Source: a virus
Taxonomy: Duplodnaviria; Caudoviricetes
Virus record (IMG/VR): IMGVR_UViG_3300009779_000001
Location: 5,527 to 69,526 of that record
Length of the DNA: 64,000 nt
Strand: one strand, 5' to 3'
Within the stretch, counting starts at the first letter, position 1. Each line of letters opens with the position of its first letter. The position numbers and the translations under genes are program-made. Of the stretch, positions 54,863-63,432 are shown piece by piece. A model generated the notes under the pieces. It was not told where the DNA came from and did not search any database. It saw only the letters and a list, made by a program, of their open reading frames with translations.

Positions 54863-56194
54863 TTGGAGATTTCAGTGATATGGGACTGCGATCTTGATAA
54901 AAAAGTTACCCTCGCAGACGCAGACGGGCCGAATAAATTTATTCCAGAACTGGGCAAAGAAGTACCAACCTTCATTGATCCACGAGAAGACCTGATACCA
55001 CCAGGAGCGAAAAACAAGTTTAGGAGACTGTCACATCACGTTCCGTTCAAGATGCGAGGAAATTTTCGGCTGACAGACTGGCCCGAAGACGTCCAGCTAT
55101 CTAAAGTTGGGAACGTTAGAACTGACAAAGAGGGATATATTCTTTGTTCTGCATATAAGACGGGACGGGACTCAGATGGTGGACGATGTAATTCTCGCGC
55201 TGTCAACCGTTCTCACCTGTGCCGCAATCACGGTGGTGCTTTACACCCCGCCGATAAGAAAATGAGTCCTCACAACGTGGCGCCCGTACCGCAAGACAGA
55301 TCAGCGGGTTTGGACCGCACGCAAAAATTTATGCAAGGTTTTATGTCTGTCGAAGATTTGACAGACGAAGAAATCCAAGGCATGTACGTTCTCAACGATC
55401 AAGGTGTGAAAGTTGCATCGTTGAAGCTGGGAACGAAATTTCACCAGATGCTCGCACAAGAACTGCATCGAAGATTGAACCGTTTCATGCAGACCAAAAC
55501 TGCGTCCATGATCAACGTGATGGTGGATATTGCAGAATCAGATTTAGTTGAGCCAGCAGATCGCATCAAGGCCGCGCAATGGGTCAGCGAGCGGGTCATG
55601 GGTAAGACACCCGATCTACTGGTACATGCAACTGTGGAGAAGCCGTATGAGACTATTTTCGATGCTATTGACGCGGGGAGCAGAGAGGATTATCGACAGA
55701 AAGTTGCGTCAAGCAGACTGGAACTTGAAGGTGGAGAAAATGGGAATCATTATCGAGAAAACGATGAGGGATCGAATGGAAGCGATCTCGGACAAATTTT
55801 GGATGTGGAAGTTGAGGATGAAGATTCGCTTGGCGAAGATTGGCATTCTCGACCAGACCCGTCTGATGTTCAGCGAGAAGGACGGGATGGTGACGATGAT
55901 GACCAGAGCGGGATTCATCACGATCAGCAAAGAGACAATCTCCACCATGTCAGCATGGTTGAAGAACAACGAAAAGAACGCGATAGACAGAAGGAACTCA
56001 AGAAAGCTCGCAGCAAGGCAAAGCAGCGACGTTTCGCAGGACGAGCACAAGGAGCTACTACTGTAAAAGATTTGGCCTGGGCGATTGAATGGAAAGAAAT
56101 CACCCGTGGACAAGATCGTGGAAAGTGGAAAATGAAGCTGGTGTGTCCTGAAGAACAGACCGAAGCAAAACTTGCTAAGATGAACGGGACTTAG
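54863..56194 (+). CDS. HGG zinc-finger protein, possible terminase small subunit
   Basis: LCSA...RCNSRAV...LCRNHGG motif, helical RIKAAQWVSERVMGK segment, long acidic linker; upstream of the large terminase. Confidence 0.5.
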   Translation: MEISVIWDCDLDKKVTLADADGPNKFIPELGKEVPTFIDPREDLIPPGAKNKFRRLSHHVPFKMRGNFRLTDWPEDVQLSKVGNVRTDKEGYILCSAYKTGRDSDGGRCNSRAVNRSHLCRNHGGALHPADKKMSPHNVAPVPQDRSAGLDRTQKFMQGFMSVEDLTDEEIQGMYVLNDQGVKVASLKLGTKFHQMLAQELHRRLNRFMQTKTASMINVMVDIAESDLVEPADRIKAAQWVSERVMGKTPDLLVHATVEKPYETIFDAIDAGSREDYRQKVASSRLELEGGENGNHYRENDEGSNGSDLGQILDVEVEDEDSLGEDWHSRPDPSDVQREGRDGDDDDQSGIHHDQQRDNLHHVSMVEEQRKERDRQKELKKARSKAKQRRFAGRAQGATTVKDLAWAIEWKEITRGQDRGKWKMKLVCPEEQTEAKLAKMNGT

Positions 56195-56202
56195 GAGGAA
56201 GC

Positions 56203-56505
56203 ATGGCCCGTATGCCTCGTATCGGAGCGTCACCCAGCACCACCGGGATGCCTCCGCGTATGCAGAAGATGTTCGATGGCCGGAACATGGCTACTCGTCC
56301 CATCCCGATCATCGTGGATGCCTCTGAGGCTCGCGCTATCGCTGCTGCGGCAGCCGATCAGCGGCCCAAGGGTGAGGTCGTCAACATGCCGTCCAAGCCG
56401 CGTCCTACGTCGTCGGATACCATCTTTGGTGTCGTGGTGCCTCGCAGTTCCAACCTGTCGCATGGGGTCTACGATCCCAGCGCGGGTACCGACACCACGT
56501 TGTGA
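56203..56505 (+). CDS. hypothetical protein
   Basis: AGGAGG SD, strong codon bias, downstream hairpins. Confidence 0.65.
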   Translation: MARMPRIGASPSTTGMPPRMQKMFDGRNMATRPIPIIVDASEARAIAAAAADQRPKGEVVNMPSKPRPTSSDTIFGVVVPRSSNLSHGVYDPSAGTDTTL

Positions 56506-56686
56506 CGGCAATAGACTCCCCACCTTCCACCGTGGGTTGAGAGAATGCACATCAAGGTTCCACGTCCCTTGGTGTGCATTTCTCTTTGAGGAAGGAAACT
56601 TTGAAGTTCTCTGGAAAGCAAGAACTTTCAAGAATTGACAAAATAGATTCCGGTAAGGGATTTAAGTTTTTCGTTTTGTCCTGCAC

Positions 56687-56715
56687 TCGACAGCACCCTG
56701 TTTATTTGTTAAGGT
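56687..56715 (+). promoter_or_regulatory. SigA-type promoter candidate driving the mini-gene island
   Basis: TCGACA-17 nt-TAAGGT. Confidence 0.5.
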
Positions 56716-56845
56716 CTAGGAGTTAGCTACGCGGACGAGTGTCACAGGATGCAACGCGACTAGGAGGTCACTGAACTGAATATTTGGTCCCACCCCAAAC
56801 TCGCCGAAGTCACTGAAATCAACGCCCGACTGATGGAGATATTTG

Positions 56846-57091
56846 ATGAGTGACAACCTCCGCTACCGGATCGCTGCGGTACTCCGTGAGCATGTCGAGG
56901 ACCAACTCACTAACTACGACGCTGGACGCAACGAATGCGGATGCGGAAATCAAGGGCTTAGCGGATACGTGGAGCATGTGGCCGACGCGATAATCGCGGA
57001 ATTGGGACTGCGAATCCAGGTTGCTGGCCCTGACGGAATCGTCGGCACAGGCAAATATCGCTACATCACCGATTGGACAACCGATGACTGA
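56846..57091 (+). CDS. MSDNLRYRIAA-family mini-protein 1
   Basis: Starts MSDNLRYRIAAVL, has VADAIIAELGL, ends RYITDWTTDD. Confidence 0.7.
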   Translation: MSDNLRYRIAAVLREHVEDQLTNYDAGRNECGCGNQGLSGYVEHVADAIIAELGLRIQVAGPDGIVGTGKYRYITDWTTDD

Positions 57092-57308
57092 CAACCTCAC
57101 CAACCGCATAGCCGCCGCAATCAGAGCCGTTGACGACATGCGGGTGTGCAAACTCTCCGACGCAGACATCAAGTTCATAGCCGCCGCGATAGTGGAAGAA
57201 CTAGGGCTGCGGAGGGTCAACAAGGTACGCAGCTACGGACTAGGCCCGAATGGCGTTGTTGATCGGGCCTGCCGCCGTTACGTCACCGAATGGGAAGCTG
57301 ATGAGTGA
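57084..57308 (+). CDS. MSDNLRYRIAA-family mini-protein 2
   Basis: Starts MTDNLTNRIAAAI, has AIVEELGL, ends RYVTEWEADE. Confidence 0.7.
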   Translation: MTDNLTNRIAAAIRAVDDMRVCKLSDADIKFIAAAIVEELGLRRVNKVRSYGLGPNGVVDRACRRYVTEWEADE

Positions 57309-57480
57309 AAATATGTTTGCCGCCGCAGAAGACATACCGCAGTTGATACACCAACTTGTCGGCGCGGGATCAACATGTTGGATCGGTGGAACCGGCGACA
57401 GCGAGTTTTGGACGGATGAAGCCAGGAGGGTGGCGAGCCACGCCATCACCCGACTGAATGAGTTGGGGTGCCAGTGCTGA
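57301..57480 (+). CDS. hypothetical mini-protein
   Basis: ATGAGTGA overlap; LVGAGSTCW...A..I motif. Confidence 0.55.
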   Translation: MSENMFAAAEDIPQLIHQLVGAGSTCWIGGTGDSEFWTDEARRVASHAITRLNELGCQC

Positions 57481-57542
57481 TGACTGACCTCCGCGACAGG
57501 ATCGCCACTGTGCTGCGAGACAAATGGAGAACCGATGAGTGA
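57480..57542 (+). pseudogene. 20-aa internally deleted member of the MSDNLRYRIAA family
   Basis: MTDLRDRIATVLRDKWRTDE: family N-terminus joined directly to the family C-terminus. Confidence 0.55.
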
Positions 57543-57888
57543 CAACCTCCGCTACCGGATCGCTGCCGCGATCTACGACGCTAGCGACGAGTACGCCCGC
57601 AAGCTGATGGTGCGCCCCGACTGCCCCGGCGCGTCAGAGCTTGAAGGCGACAGCAAGCCGGTCTGCTACACCCTGGCCGACGCGGTGATCCGCGAGTTGG
57701 GGCTGCGCCGGGAGGATTTAGGTGGATTCCGCGTGCCTGGATATGGGCACCGTGGTTACCGCTACGTCACAGATTGGATTGCAGAACAAACGATCCTGCC
57801 GACGGCCCCCGGTGCGGTTTTGGGCGGCGGCATCGAACTCACGCCTTCGGAGTTTGACGAGTTCTTGAGGCTCGCCCGTGAGCCCTGA
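57535..57888 (+). CDS. MSDNLRYRIAA-family mini-protein 3 with C-terminal extension
   Basis: Start is DNA-identical to 56846 for ~30 nt; LADAVIRELGL; YRYVTDW then 36 extra aa. Confidence 0.7.
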   Translation: MSDNLRYRIAAAIYDASDEYARKLMVRPDCPGASELEGDSKPVCYTLADAVIRELGLRREDLGGFRVPGYGHRGYRYVTDWIAEQTILPTAPGAVLGGGIELTPSEFDEFLRLAREP

Positions 57889-57955
57889 AGTCTTCACGGA
57901 CGAGATGAGTGTCCAGATTTTCTGGGAGCGTGGCCGCGCTCATTGGGAGGCGTGA
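57878..57955 (+). CDS. 25-aa mini-ORF
   Basis: GTG start overlapping the previous stop; TGATG coupling to the next gene. Confidence 0.35.
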   Translation: MSPEVFTDEMSVQIFWERGRAHWEA

Positions 57956-58227
57956 TGGTAGAGCCGGTGTGCCAGGACTGCAATCAGTTGGTGGCGGAAA
58001 AACAGGATTTGCGCGACAAGCTCCGCAGTGCGTATGCCGTCATCGCCGAACGGCAGCAGCGGTTGGAGGACGACGAGCGGAACATGCGAGCAGCTCGACG
58101 CCAACTGGAGTTGTTCATGGACGACGGCATTAGGGAACGCATCACCGTCGCGCTCGCCCTGCTCGACGAGAGCGTGGAGAGTCGCAGCGAGGCATGGTTC
58201 GACTTCACTGAACAGCGGGGCCAGTAA
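57955..58227 (+). CDS. coiled-coil protein with CxxC
   Basis: GGAGG SD; CQDC then heptads. Confidence 0.55.
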   Translation: MVEPVCQDCNQLVAEKQDLRDKLRSAYAVIAERQQRLEDDERNMRAARRQLELFMDDGIRERITVALALLDESVESRSEAWFDFTEQRGQ

Positions 58228-58406
58228 TGCCGCAGACGGTGCACGTCTATCCGAATAACGACCTCATCGAGCACGACACCGACGGCGGCGACTGTCCGTG
58301 CGGCCCCACTTCTGAGCCTGTTCTCGATGCGGACGGGGCGTGTGGATGGGTCATCACGCATCACAGCCTCGACGGACGTGAGGCCAATGAGCCGGAGGTG
58401 GTGTAA
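58227..58406 (+). CDS. 59-aa His/Cys metal-binding-like protein
   Basis: HVYP..DLIEHD...CPCGP...W..THHSLDGRE; TAATG coupling; not in the supplied track. Confidence 0.6.
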   Translation: MPQTVHVYPNNDLIEHDTDGGDCPCGPTSEPVLDADGACGWVITHHSLDGREANEPEVV

Positions 58407-58533
58407 TGACACCTATGCCGAATGCGCCCCGCACACCGCTCAAGTCCTTCCGCATCCCCGAAGACCTCTACCGGGAAGCCCAACAACTAGCGAAGCTGAG
58501 TTAGTCAAGAAATACATGGAGGAGGAGCTTTAA
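58406..58533 (+). pseudogene. broken ribbon-helix-helix gene
   Basis: MPNAPRTPLKSFRIPEDLYREAQQLA stops at TAG 58502-58504; a helix-B-like SEAELVKKYMEE follows in another frame. Confidence 0.45.
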
Positions 58534-58535
58534 AG

Positions 58536-58859
58536 ATGACTAACCTCACCGACCGCATGGCACGCATCGCGTGGATCACCCACCGGGACCGGCAGCTAGC
58601 CCAACTGGGCATGAAGCCAAGCGAATACGCCGCCGATATCCCGATACCGGACTGGGCCTACACCCTGGCCGACGCGGTGATCGCGGAACTGAGTCTGCGC
58701 CACGTCATCGACTACTGCGAGCGGGAGGCTGGCGTGGGCTGGCGTGACGTGGGCACAGCCGATGAGGCTATGGGTCGCAACATCGTCGCCGAGACCGTGT
58801 TGACGATCCTGGAAGGAGGGTCTTTTCATGGGTGGAATGAGCAAATGGACCGTCCTTGA
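58536..58859 (+). CDS. MSDNLRYRIAA-family mini-protein 4 (divergent)
   Basis: Starts MTNLTDRMARI; has LADAVIAELSL; overlaps the terminase start. Confidence 0.6.
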   Translation: MTNLTDRMARIAWITHRDRQLAQLGMKPSEYAADIPIPDWAYTLADAVIAELSLRHVIDYCEREAGVGWRDVGTADEAMGRNIVAETVLTILEGGSFHGWNEQMDRP

Positions 58860-60468
58860 TGCAAAATACAAGGACGAGAATGGGGAAGTACGGCGGGTTT
58901 TTGAACCACACGAAGCCCAATTAAGGGTGATGGAAGACCCCAGCCGTATGAAAGTTCTTCCCTGCGGAAGACGTTTGGGAAAATCAAATATGGAAGCACA
59001 TGAGCTTTTGCCATATGCGTTTCTCGCCAGAAAGCGGGCCAGTACGCTCAGGGCTAACGGTCAACGCATGGAATATTGGATTGTGGGACCAGAATATGCT
59101 GATTCGGAAAAAGCGTTTCGTGTCTTCTATGACAAATGCTCAAAGTTAGGTCTGCCCTTTGATCGTCCCGGCACCTACTATTCGGTACAAACCGGAGATA
59201 TGGTGGTGTCTCTTTGGGAAGGTGCCTTCATCCTTCAGGCTAAATCTGAGAACAGGCCGAATAGCTTGGTCGGTGAAGCTCTTTCCGGTGTCATCTTTGA
59301 TGAAGCTGCGAAGATGAAACAAAACACTTGGGATCAGTTGATTCGTCCGACACTAGCCGACTTCGGCGGGTGGGCGATCTTCACGTCCACGCCAGAAGGA
59401 AAGAATTGGTTCCACCGTCTGTATATGGACTCGATTCAGCCGGGGAACGAAGGCTGGAACGGATTCAGGATTCCCTCGTGGAAGAATCCCCACGTTTTTC
59501 GTACCGAAACCAGGGACGATCACGTCAAGCGGTTACTGCACATTATGAACGATCATCCTGAACTAACGGCGTTCGATATCATCTGTAAAGAAAACCTTGT
59601 GATTGATCGTGAGATAGCACAGATGGCAAACGATCTGACTATCCCTATGTTCCAGCAGGAGGTTGCCGCAGATTTCACAGATTTCGTCGGTAAGGTTTTT
59701 AAAGAGTTTGACGAAGAGACTCACACCAGACTCCTTCCCTATAATCCGAATTGGGAAACTGTTGCAGCGGTAGACTACGGATACAGAAACCCAAATGTTT
59801 GGCTACTCATACAAATTGGTCCGTGGGGAGAAATCAATGTTATTGACGAACTGTACCAAGAGAATCTAGCCCCTGATGAGTTTGCACATGAGATTCTTAG
59901 ACGAGGGTTATTACCCGATAGCTGTACTTCGTTCTACCCAGACCCAGCATCACCGGGTGACACGCGCACGCTGGAAAATATATTCCGTCGCGCTGGGAAG
60001 CGTGTTTCGGCTCGACCCCACACCGGCGGGGAATTATCTAATCGACTCAACCTCATCCGACTCGCCCTCAAAGATAGAGTCAACGATCACGAACTCAACG
60101 CCCCAAACTGGAAAAAACACCCAGCAGGAAAAGACAAACAACGTCCAAGAATGATGATTTCCACCAAGTGTGGGCACACCATTTATGAGCTTGGACAGTA
60201 TCGTTATCCCGAAATGAAAAACGAGCAGGTCGAATCTTCAACGAAAAGATTTGAAATGCCCATGAAGAAGGACGATCACACGCCAGAGGCGTTAGGTCGA
60301 TTCCTTGCCGGTCGCTACCACGACGCTGCCACGCAGTACGGCGGGGGAACGCGGATCAGCCACGCCAAATTCTTGCGTGGGTTGGGCAGCAAGCGGGATT
60401 ATGGTGCAGAGCCAGCAGGTATCGGGGCTAGGCATACAGGCAAAGTTCGTGGAACGTGGAAAGGTTAA
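58837..60468 (+). CDS. terL: terminase large subunit
   Basis: GRRLGKS Walker A, GVIFDEAA Walker B, TSTP motif, AVDYG nuclease motif, DDHTPEAL. Start 58837 or 58828. Confidence 0.95.
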   Translation: MSKWTVLDAKYKDENGEVRRVFEPHEAQLRVMEDPSRMKVLPCGRRLGKSNMEAHELLPYAFLARKRASTLRANGQRMEYWIVGPEYADSEKAFRVFYDKCSKLGLPFDRPGTYYSVQTGDMVVSLWEGAFILQAKSENRPNSLVGEALSGVIFDEAAKMKQNTWDQLIRPTLADFGGWAIFTSTPEGKNWFHRLYMDSIQPGNEGWNGFRIPSWKNPHVFRTETRDDHVKRLLHIMNDHPELTAFDIICKENLVIDREIAQMANDLTIPMFQQEVAADFTDFVGKVFKEFDEETHTRLLPYNPNWETVAAVDYGYRNPNVWLLIQIGPWGEINVIDELYQENLAPDEFAHEILRRGLLPDSCTSFYPDPASPGDTRTLENIFRRAGKRVSARPHTGGELSNRLNLIRLALKDRVNDHELNAPNWKKHPAGKDKQRPRMMISTKCGHTIYELGQYRYPEMKNEQVESSTKRFEMPMKKDDHTPEALGRFLAGRYHDAATQYGGGTRISHAKFLRGLGSKRDYGAEPAGIGARHTGKVRGTWKG

Positions 60469-60483
60469 AGGTAGGATACTCGC

Positions 60484-62109
60484 ATGGGATACAACCTTAA
60501 GCAGTACAGCGCGGCTTTGGATTTCGTTTCTGGTGGGGATGCCAACGTCACGAATTCTGATGACAAGCGACGTATCCAAGCTTACGATCTTTACGAAAAT
60601 CTTTACATCAACAGTTCACAAACGCTGAAAATCACGCTGCGTGGGGATGACTCGTATCCAATTCTCATGCCCAGTGGCAAGAAGATCATCGAAGCCACCA
60701 ACCGATTCCTTGGTGTGGGACTCAACTATTTCGTTGAAGGTCAAGGAGACAACGGAACGCAGCAGCAATTGGACTATTGGTTCGGCACGTTCTTCAAGCG
60801 GGAAGCCATTCGGTCCAAGTTCGCGTCCAGTAAGCGGTGGGGTCTGGTACGAGGGGATGGGTGCTTCTACCTCTACGGCAGCCCTGAGAAGCTTCCCGGC
60901 TCACGCCTCTCGCTGGTTGAGCTTGACCCCAGGCAGTTGTTTGAGATTGAGGATGCCAACGGCAAGGTGGTTGGCGTTCACATCGTGGATACGGTTCAGG
61001 ACTTCCGCGAACCTGACAAAGAGGACAAGAAAGTTGCGCGGCGCAGGACGTTTCGGTTGGTCTAACCAGAAGGCGGGTCAGAATCGGTTGGTGTTACCAG
61101 CGAACTGAAGTTCTTTGAAATCGGCAAATGGGATGACCGTACCGTCAAGTCTGCGGAAAAGATTGAGGCTGTTCCCAATCCCGGCGTTGACGAAGAGCCG
61201 TATCAGCTTCCTCCCTCTATTACTCAACTTCCTGTCTACAAATGGCGTAATAATCCTCCGCAGAACAGCACATGGGGTCACTCGCAGTTGACTGGGCTGG
61301 AAACGCTGTTGTACGCCATCAACCAGAGCCTGACTGACGAGGATGCCACGATGGTGTTCCAGGGGCTTGGTATGTACGTCACGAATGCGGCACCACCCCA
61401 GGATGAGGCGGGGAATACTACTGATTGGAATATCGGTCCCATGCAGATCATCGAAATCGGTACGGATCAAGAATTCACCAGGGTGACGGGTGTTTCTGAC
61501 GTTACTCCGTACCAGAACCACATGACGTTTATTGATGAAAAAGGTTTGAGTGAAGCTTCCGGCACTCCTGAGATTGCTATTGGGCGAGTGGATGTATCTG
61601 TTGCGGAGTCGGGAATTTCGTTGCAGTTGCAACTCATGCCTCTACTGGCGCAGAACGCGGAAAAAGAAGAAGAGCTTGTCAGCGTTTTAGATCAAATGTT
61701 CCACGATCTGACAACGATGTGGCTTCCGGCGTATGAGCCTGAAATGTTTCCCAGTTGGGAAGCCATGCAAGAAATGTCGGTGGTGACGATCTTTGATGAT
61801 CCCATGCCGAAGAATCGTGACGCGCAGGTTCAGGAAACGCTGCTACTGGTCACGTCGAACCTGATTCTCACGTCCATGGCGGTTGCCAAGCTGCGTTCGC
61901 TGGGTTGGAACTATCCGACTGTGGATATCAACGGCAATCCACTTAATGATGATGACATTGCTGCCATGCTCAATGAGCAGGCGAGCGCCAACGCCGTAGC
62001 ACAAGACCCGTTCTCCGCGCAATACCTGGGTGGTGATTCTGGTGGTGGCTTTGAGGATCAAGGTGTGTCGGAGCAGGATCAACAGACGATTGATCTTGGG
62101 AGCAGTTAA
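60484..62109 (+). CDS. portal protein (~541 codons) interrupted by one in-frame TAA at 61063-61065
   Basis: Follows terL. ORF 60484-61065 and ORF 61288-62109 are in the same frame, and the 61066-61287 gap is open (PEGGSESVGVTSELKFFEIGKWDDR...LPVYKWRN...WGHSQL). Confidence 0.85.
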
Positions 62110-62118
62110 AATCTAGGC

Positions 62119-62298
62119 ATGGCTAGATTTGGTTCTAAACGAACCAAAAGATTTCGCGCCTCGACACGGGTGCTCTACAGCGGTGGGATGCCCAGAATCA
62201 GTTTGATGACTCCTGGTATTAAAAGATACCGGAGGAAACCGCGCAACCGTGGTTCTCTTTCTGGTTTTATGAAAGAGCGCAGTAAAAATGGCTCGTAA
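62119..62298 (+). CDS. basic protein 1 (59 aa, MARF...)
   Basis: MARFGSKRTKRFRAS...KRYRRKPRNR; not in the supplied track. Confidence 0.6.
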   Translation: MARFGSKRTKRFRASTRVLYSGGMPRISLMTPGIKRYRRKPRNRGSLSGFMKERSKNGS

Positions 62299-62482
62299 AA
62301 AAAAGAAGAAAAAGGGTACTTACAGGGGTTTCAAGTCCAAGAAACAGTGGCGTTGGGCCTTCGCCAGCAAGCAGCCGTGGGCACGGGAAAAGGCACACAA
62401 AACCAAGGGTGGAAAGAAGGTTAGATACCGCAGACTTCCAGAATCAAAACATTCTGGAAAGAAGGGCAGGAGACACCCATAA
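62288..62482 (+). CDS. basic protein 2 (64 aa, MARK...)
   Basis: Lys/Arg rich; FKSKKQWRWAFA motif. Confidence 0.7.
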   Translation: MARKKKKKKGTYRGFKSKKQWRWAFASKQPWAREKAHKTKGGKKVRYRRLPESKHSGKKGRRHP

Positions 62483-62847
62483 TGGCACGTCGAGTAAGGA
62501 CCGCGAAGCAAAAGGCTGCGCTTCGCAAAGCCCAAGCTGCTTCCGCTCGTAAGAGAAGGAAGGGCGGCAAGAAAAAAGCCGGTGTTGTCAGGCGAGCGGG
62601 TCGAGAGGTCAAGCGCAGGTACCAGGCTGGACATAAGGGGCCGGGAGCGCATTATCGTCGCGCACGGGATTACTACAATTCCGAAGGCTACTACAAGACC
62701 AGAACCGGCGGGTCGAAGAAGAGGGCCGGGAAGATTCAGCGTGGGTATCGCAAGGCTAATTCCATTCGGCACGCGAACTATGCTTCTCTGACAATGTTGG
62801 GTGTTTCTTACGCGAGGGATAAGAAACGTAGGAAGAGCCGTCGCTGA
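62482..62847 (+). CDS. basic protein 3 (121 aa)
   Basis: MARRVRTAKQKAALRKAQAASARKRR. Confidence 0.75.
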   Translation: MARRVRTAKQKAALRKAQAASARKRRKGGKKKAGVVRRAGREVKRRYQAGHKGPGAHYRRARDYYNSEGYYKTRTGGSKKRAGKIQRGYRKANSIRHANYASLTMLGVSYARDKKRRKSRR

Positions 62848-63164
62848 TGGCTCGTTACGTTTTAACCCCAGCTAGAAAAGAGGCTTTGCGTAAGGCAAGG
62901 CTTGCTTCCGCACGAAAACGCAAGAAAAAAATTAAAGCTAAAAGCTCAAAGAAACTGGCTTCTAGAAGGTCGAAGCGCAGGGGCATTCAAGAATACGTTG
63001 ATGAAAATGGCCGCAAGTCTGGGATGGCTACAAATCGTTCCAGCAAAACTAATCGCGCTGCTTTTCGTAAATTACGAAGAGCTTCCCGTTACAACATAAG
63101 GTACGGGAGAAAAATGAAAAGAGTAGATCGTCGTATTAAGCGGTATTCAAAGAGAAAGAAGTAG
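62847..63164 (+). CDS. basic protein 4 (105 aa)
   Basis: MARYVLTPARKEALRKARLASARKRK. Confidence 0.75.
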   Translation: MARYVLTPARKEALRKARLASARKRKKKIKAKSSKKLASRRSKRRGIQEYVDENGRKSGMATNRSSKTNRAAFRKLRRASRYNIRYGRKMKRVDRRIKRYSKRKK

Positions 63165-63167
63165 CTC

Positions 63168-63431
63168 ATGGCTCGCTATCGTTTTACCGCAAAGCGTAAG
63201 GCAGCTTTGCGTAAAGCTCAGCGAGCTTCTGCGCGTGCTAGAAAACATCTGAAGAAACCCCATAAAAAAGTTCTCCCCCTCACCAACGGTCAGGTGTACG
63301 CCGTTCGTAGTGTCAGTGCTGTTTTAGGAGGGACCATGGGGGTGCTTGCCGTCCAAGGATACCGGCAATCCGCAATGGTGAACAGAGTTGTTAAAAGCGC
63401 AAACAAAACGAATTACGGAATGAGGTTCTGA
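63168..63431 (+). CDS. basic protein 5 (87 aa)
   Basis: MARYRFTAKRKAALRKAQRASARARK. Confidence 0.75.
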   Translation: MARYRFTAKRKAALRKAQRASARARKHLKKPHKKVLPLTNGQVYAVRSVSAVLGGTMGVLAVQGYRQSAMVNRVVKSANKTNYGMRF

Positions 63432-63432
63432 T

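Noticed and set aside
56506-56775. tRNA or tmRNA in the non-coding gap
   Set aside because: Only terminator-like hairpins and a promoter; no cloverleaf, T-loop GTTCGA or CCA end recognised.
45473-60468. Inteins or introns in DnaE, primase or terminase
   Set aside because: Lengths are ordinary, and no C/S...HN splice motifs or LAGLIDADG/HNH inserts were seen.
26398-60478. TAGGAT upstream of several genes (26398, 29095, 54494, 60473) as a late-promoter box
   Set aside because: Explained by stop codon plus AGGA SD overlap; no consistent -35 or flanking conservation.
61063-61065. Alternative genetic code (TAA reassigned)
   Set aside because: TAA terminates many clear genes (capsid, scaffold, lysin, terminase).
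63168-63200. MARYR start resembling mammalian protamine P1
   Set aside because: Five-residue match in low-complexity basic sequence; no Cys or poly-Arg clusters. Treated as coincidence.
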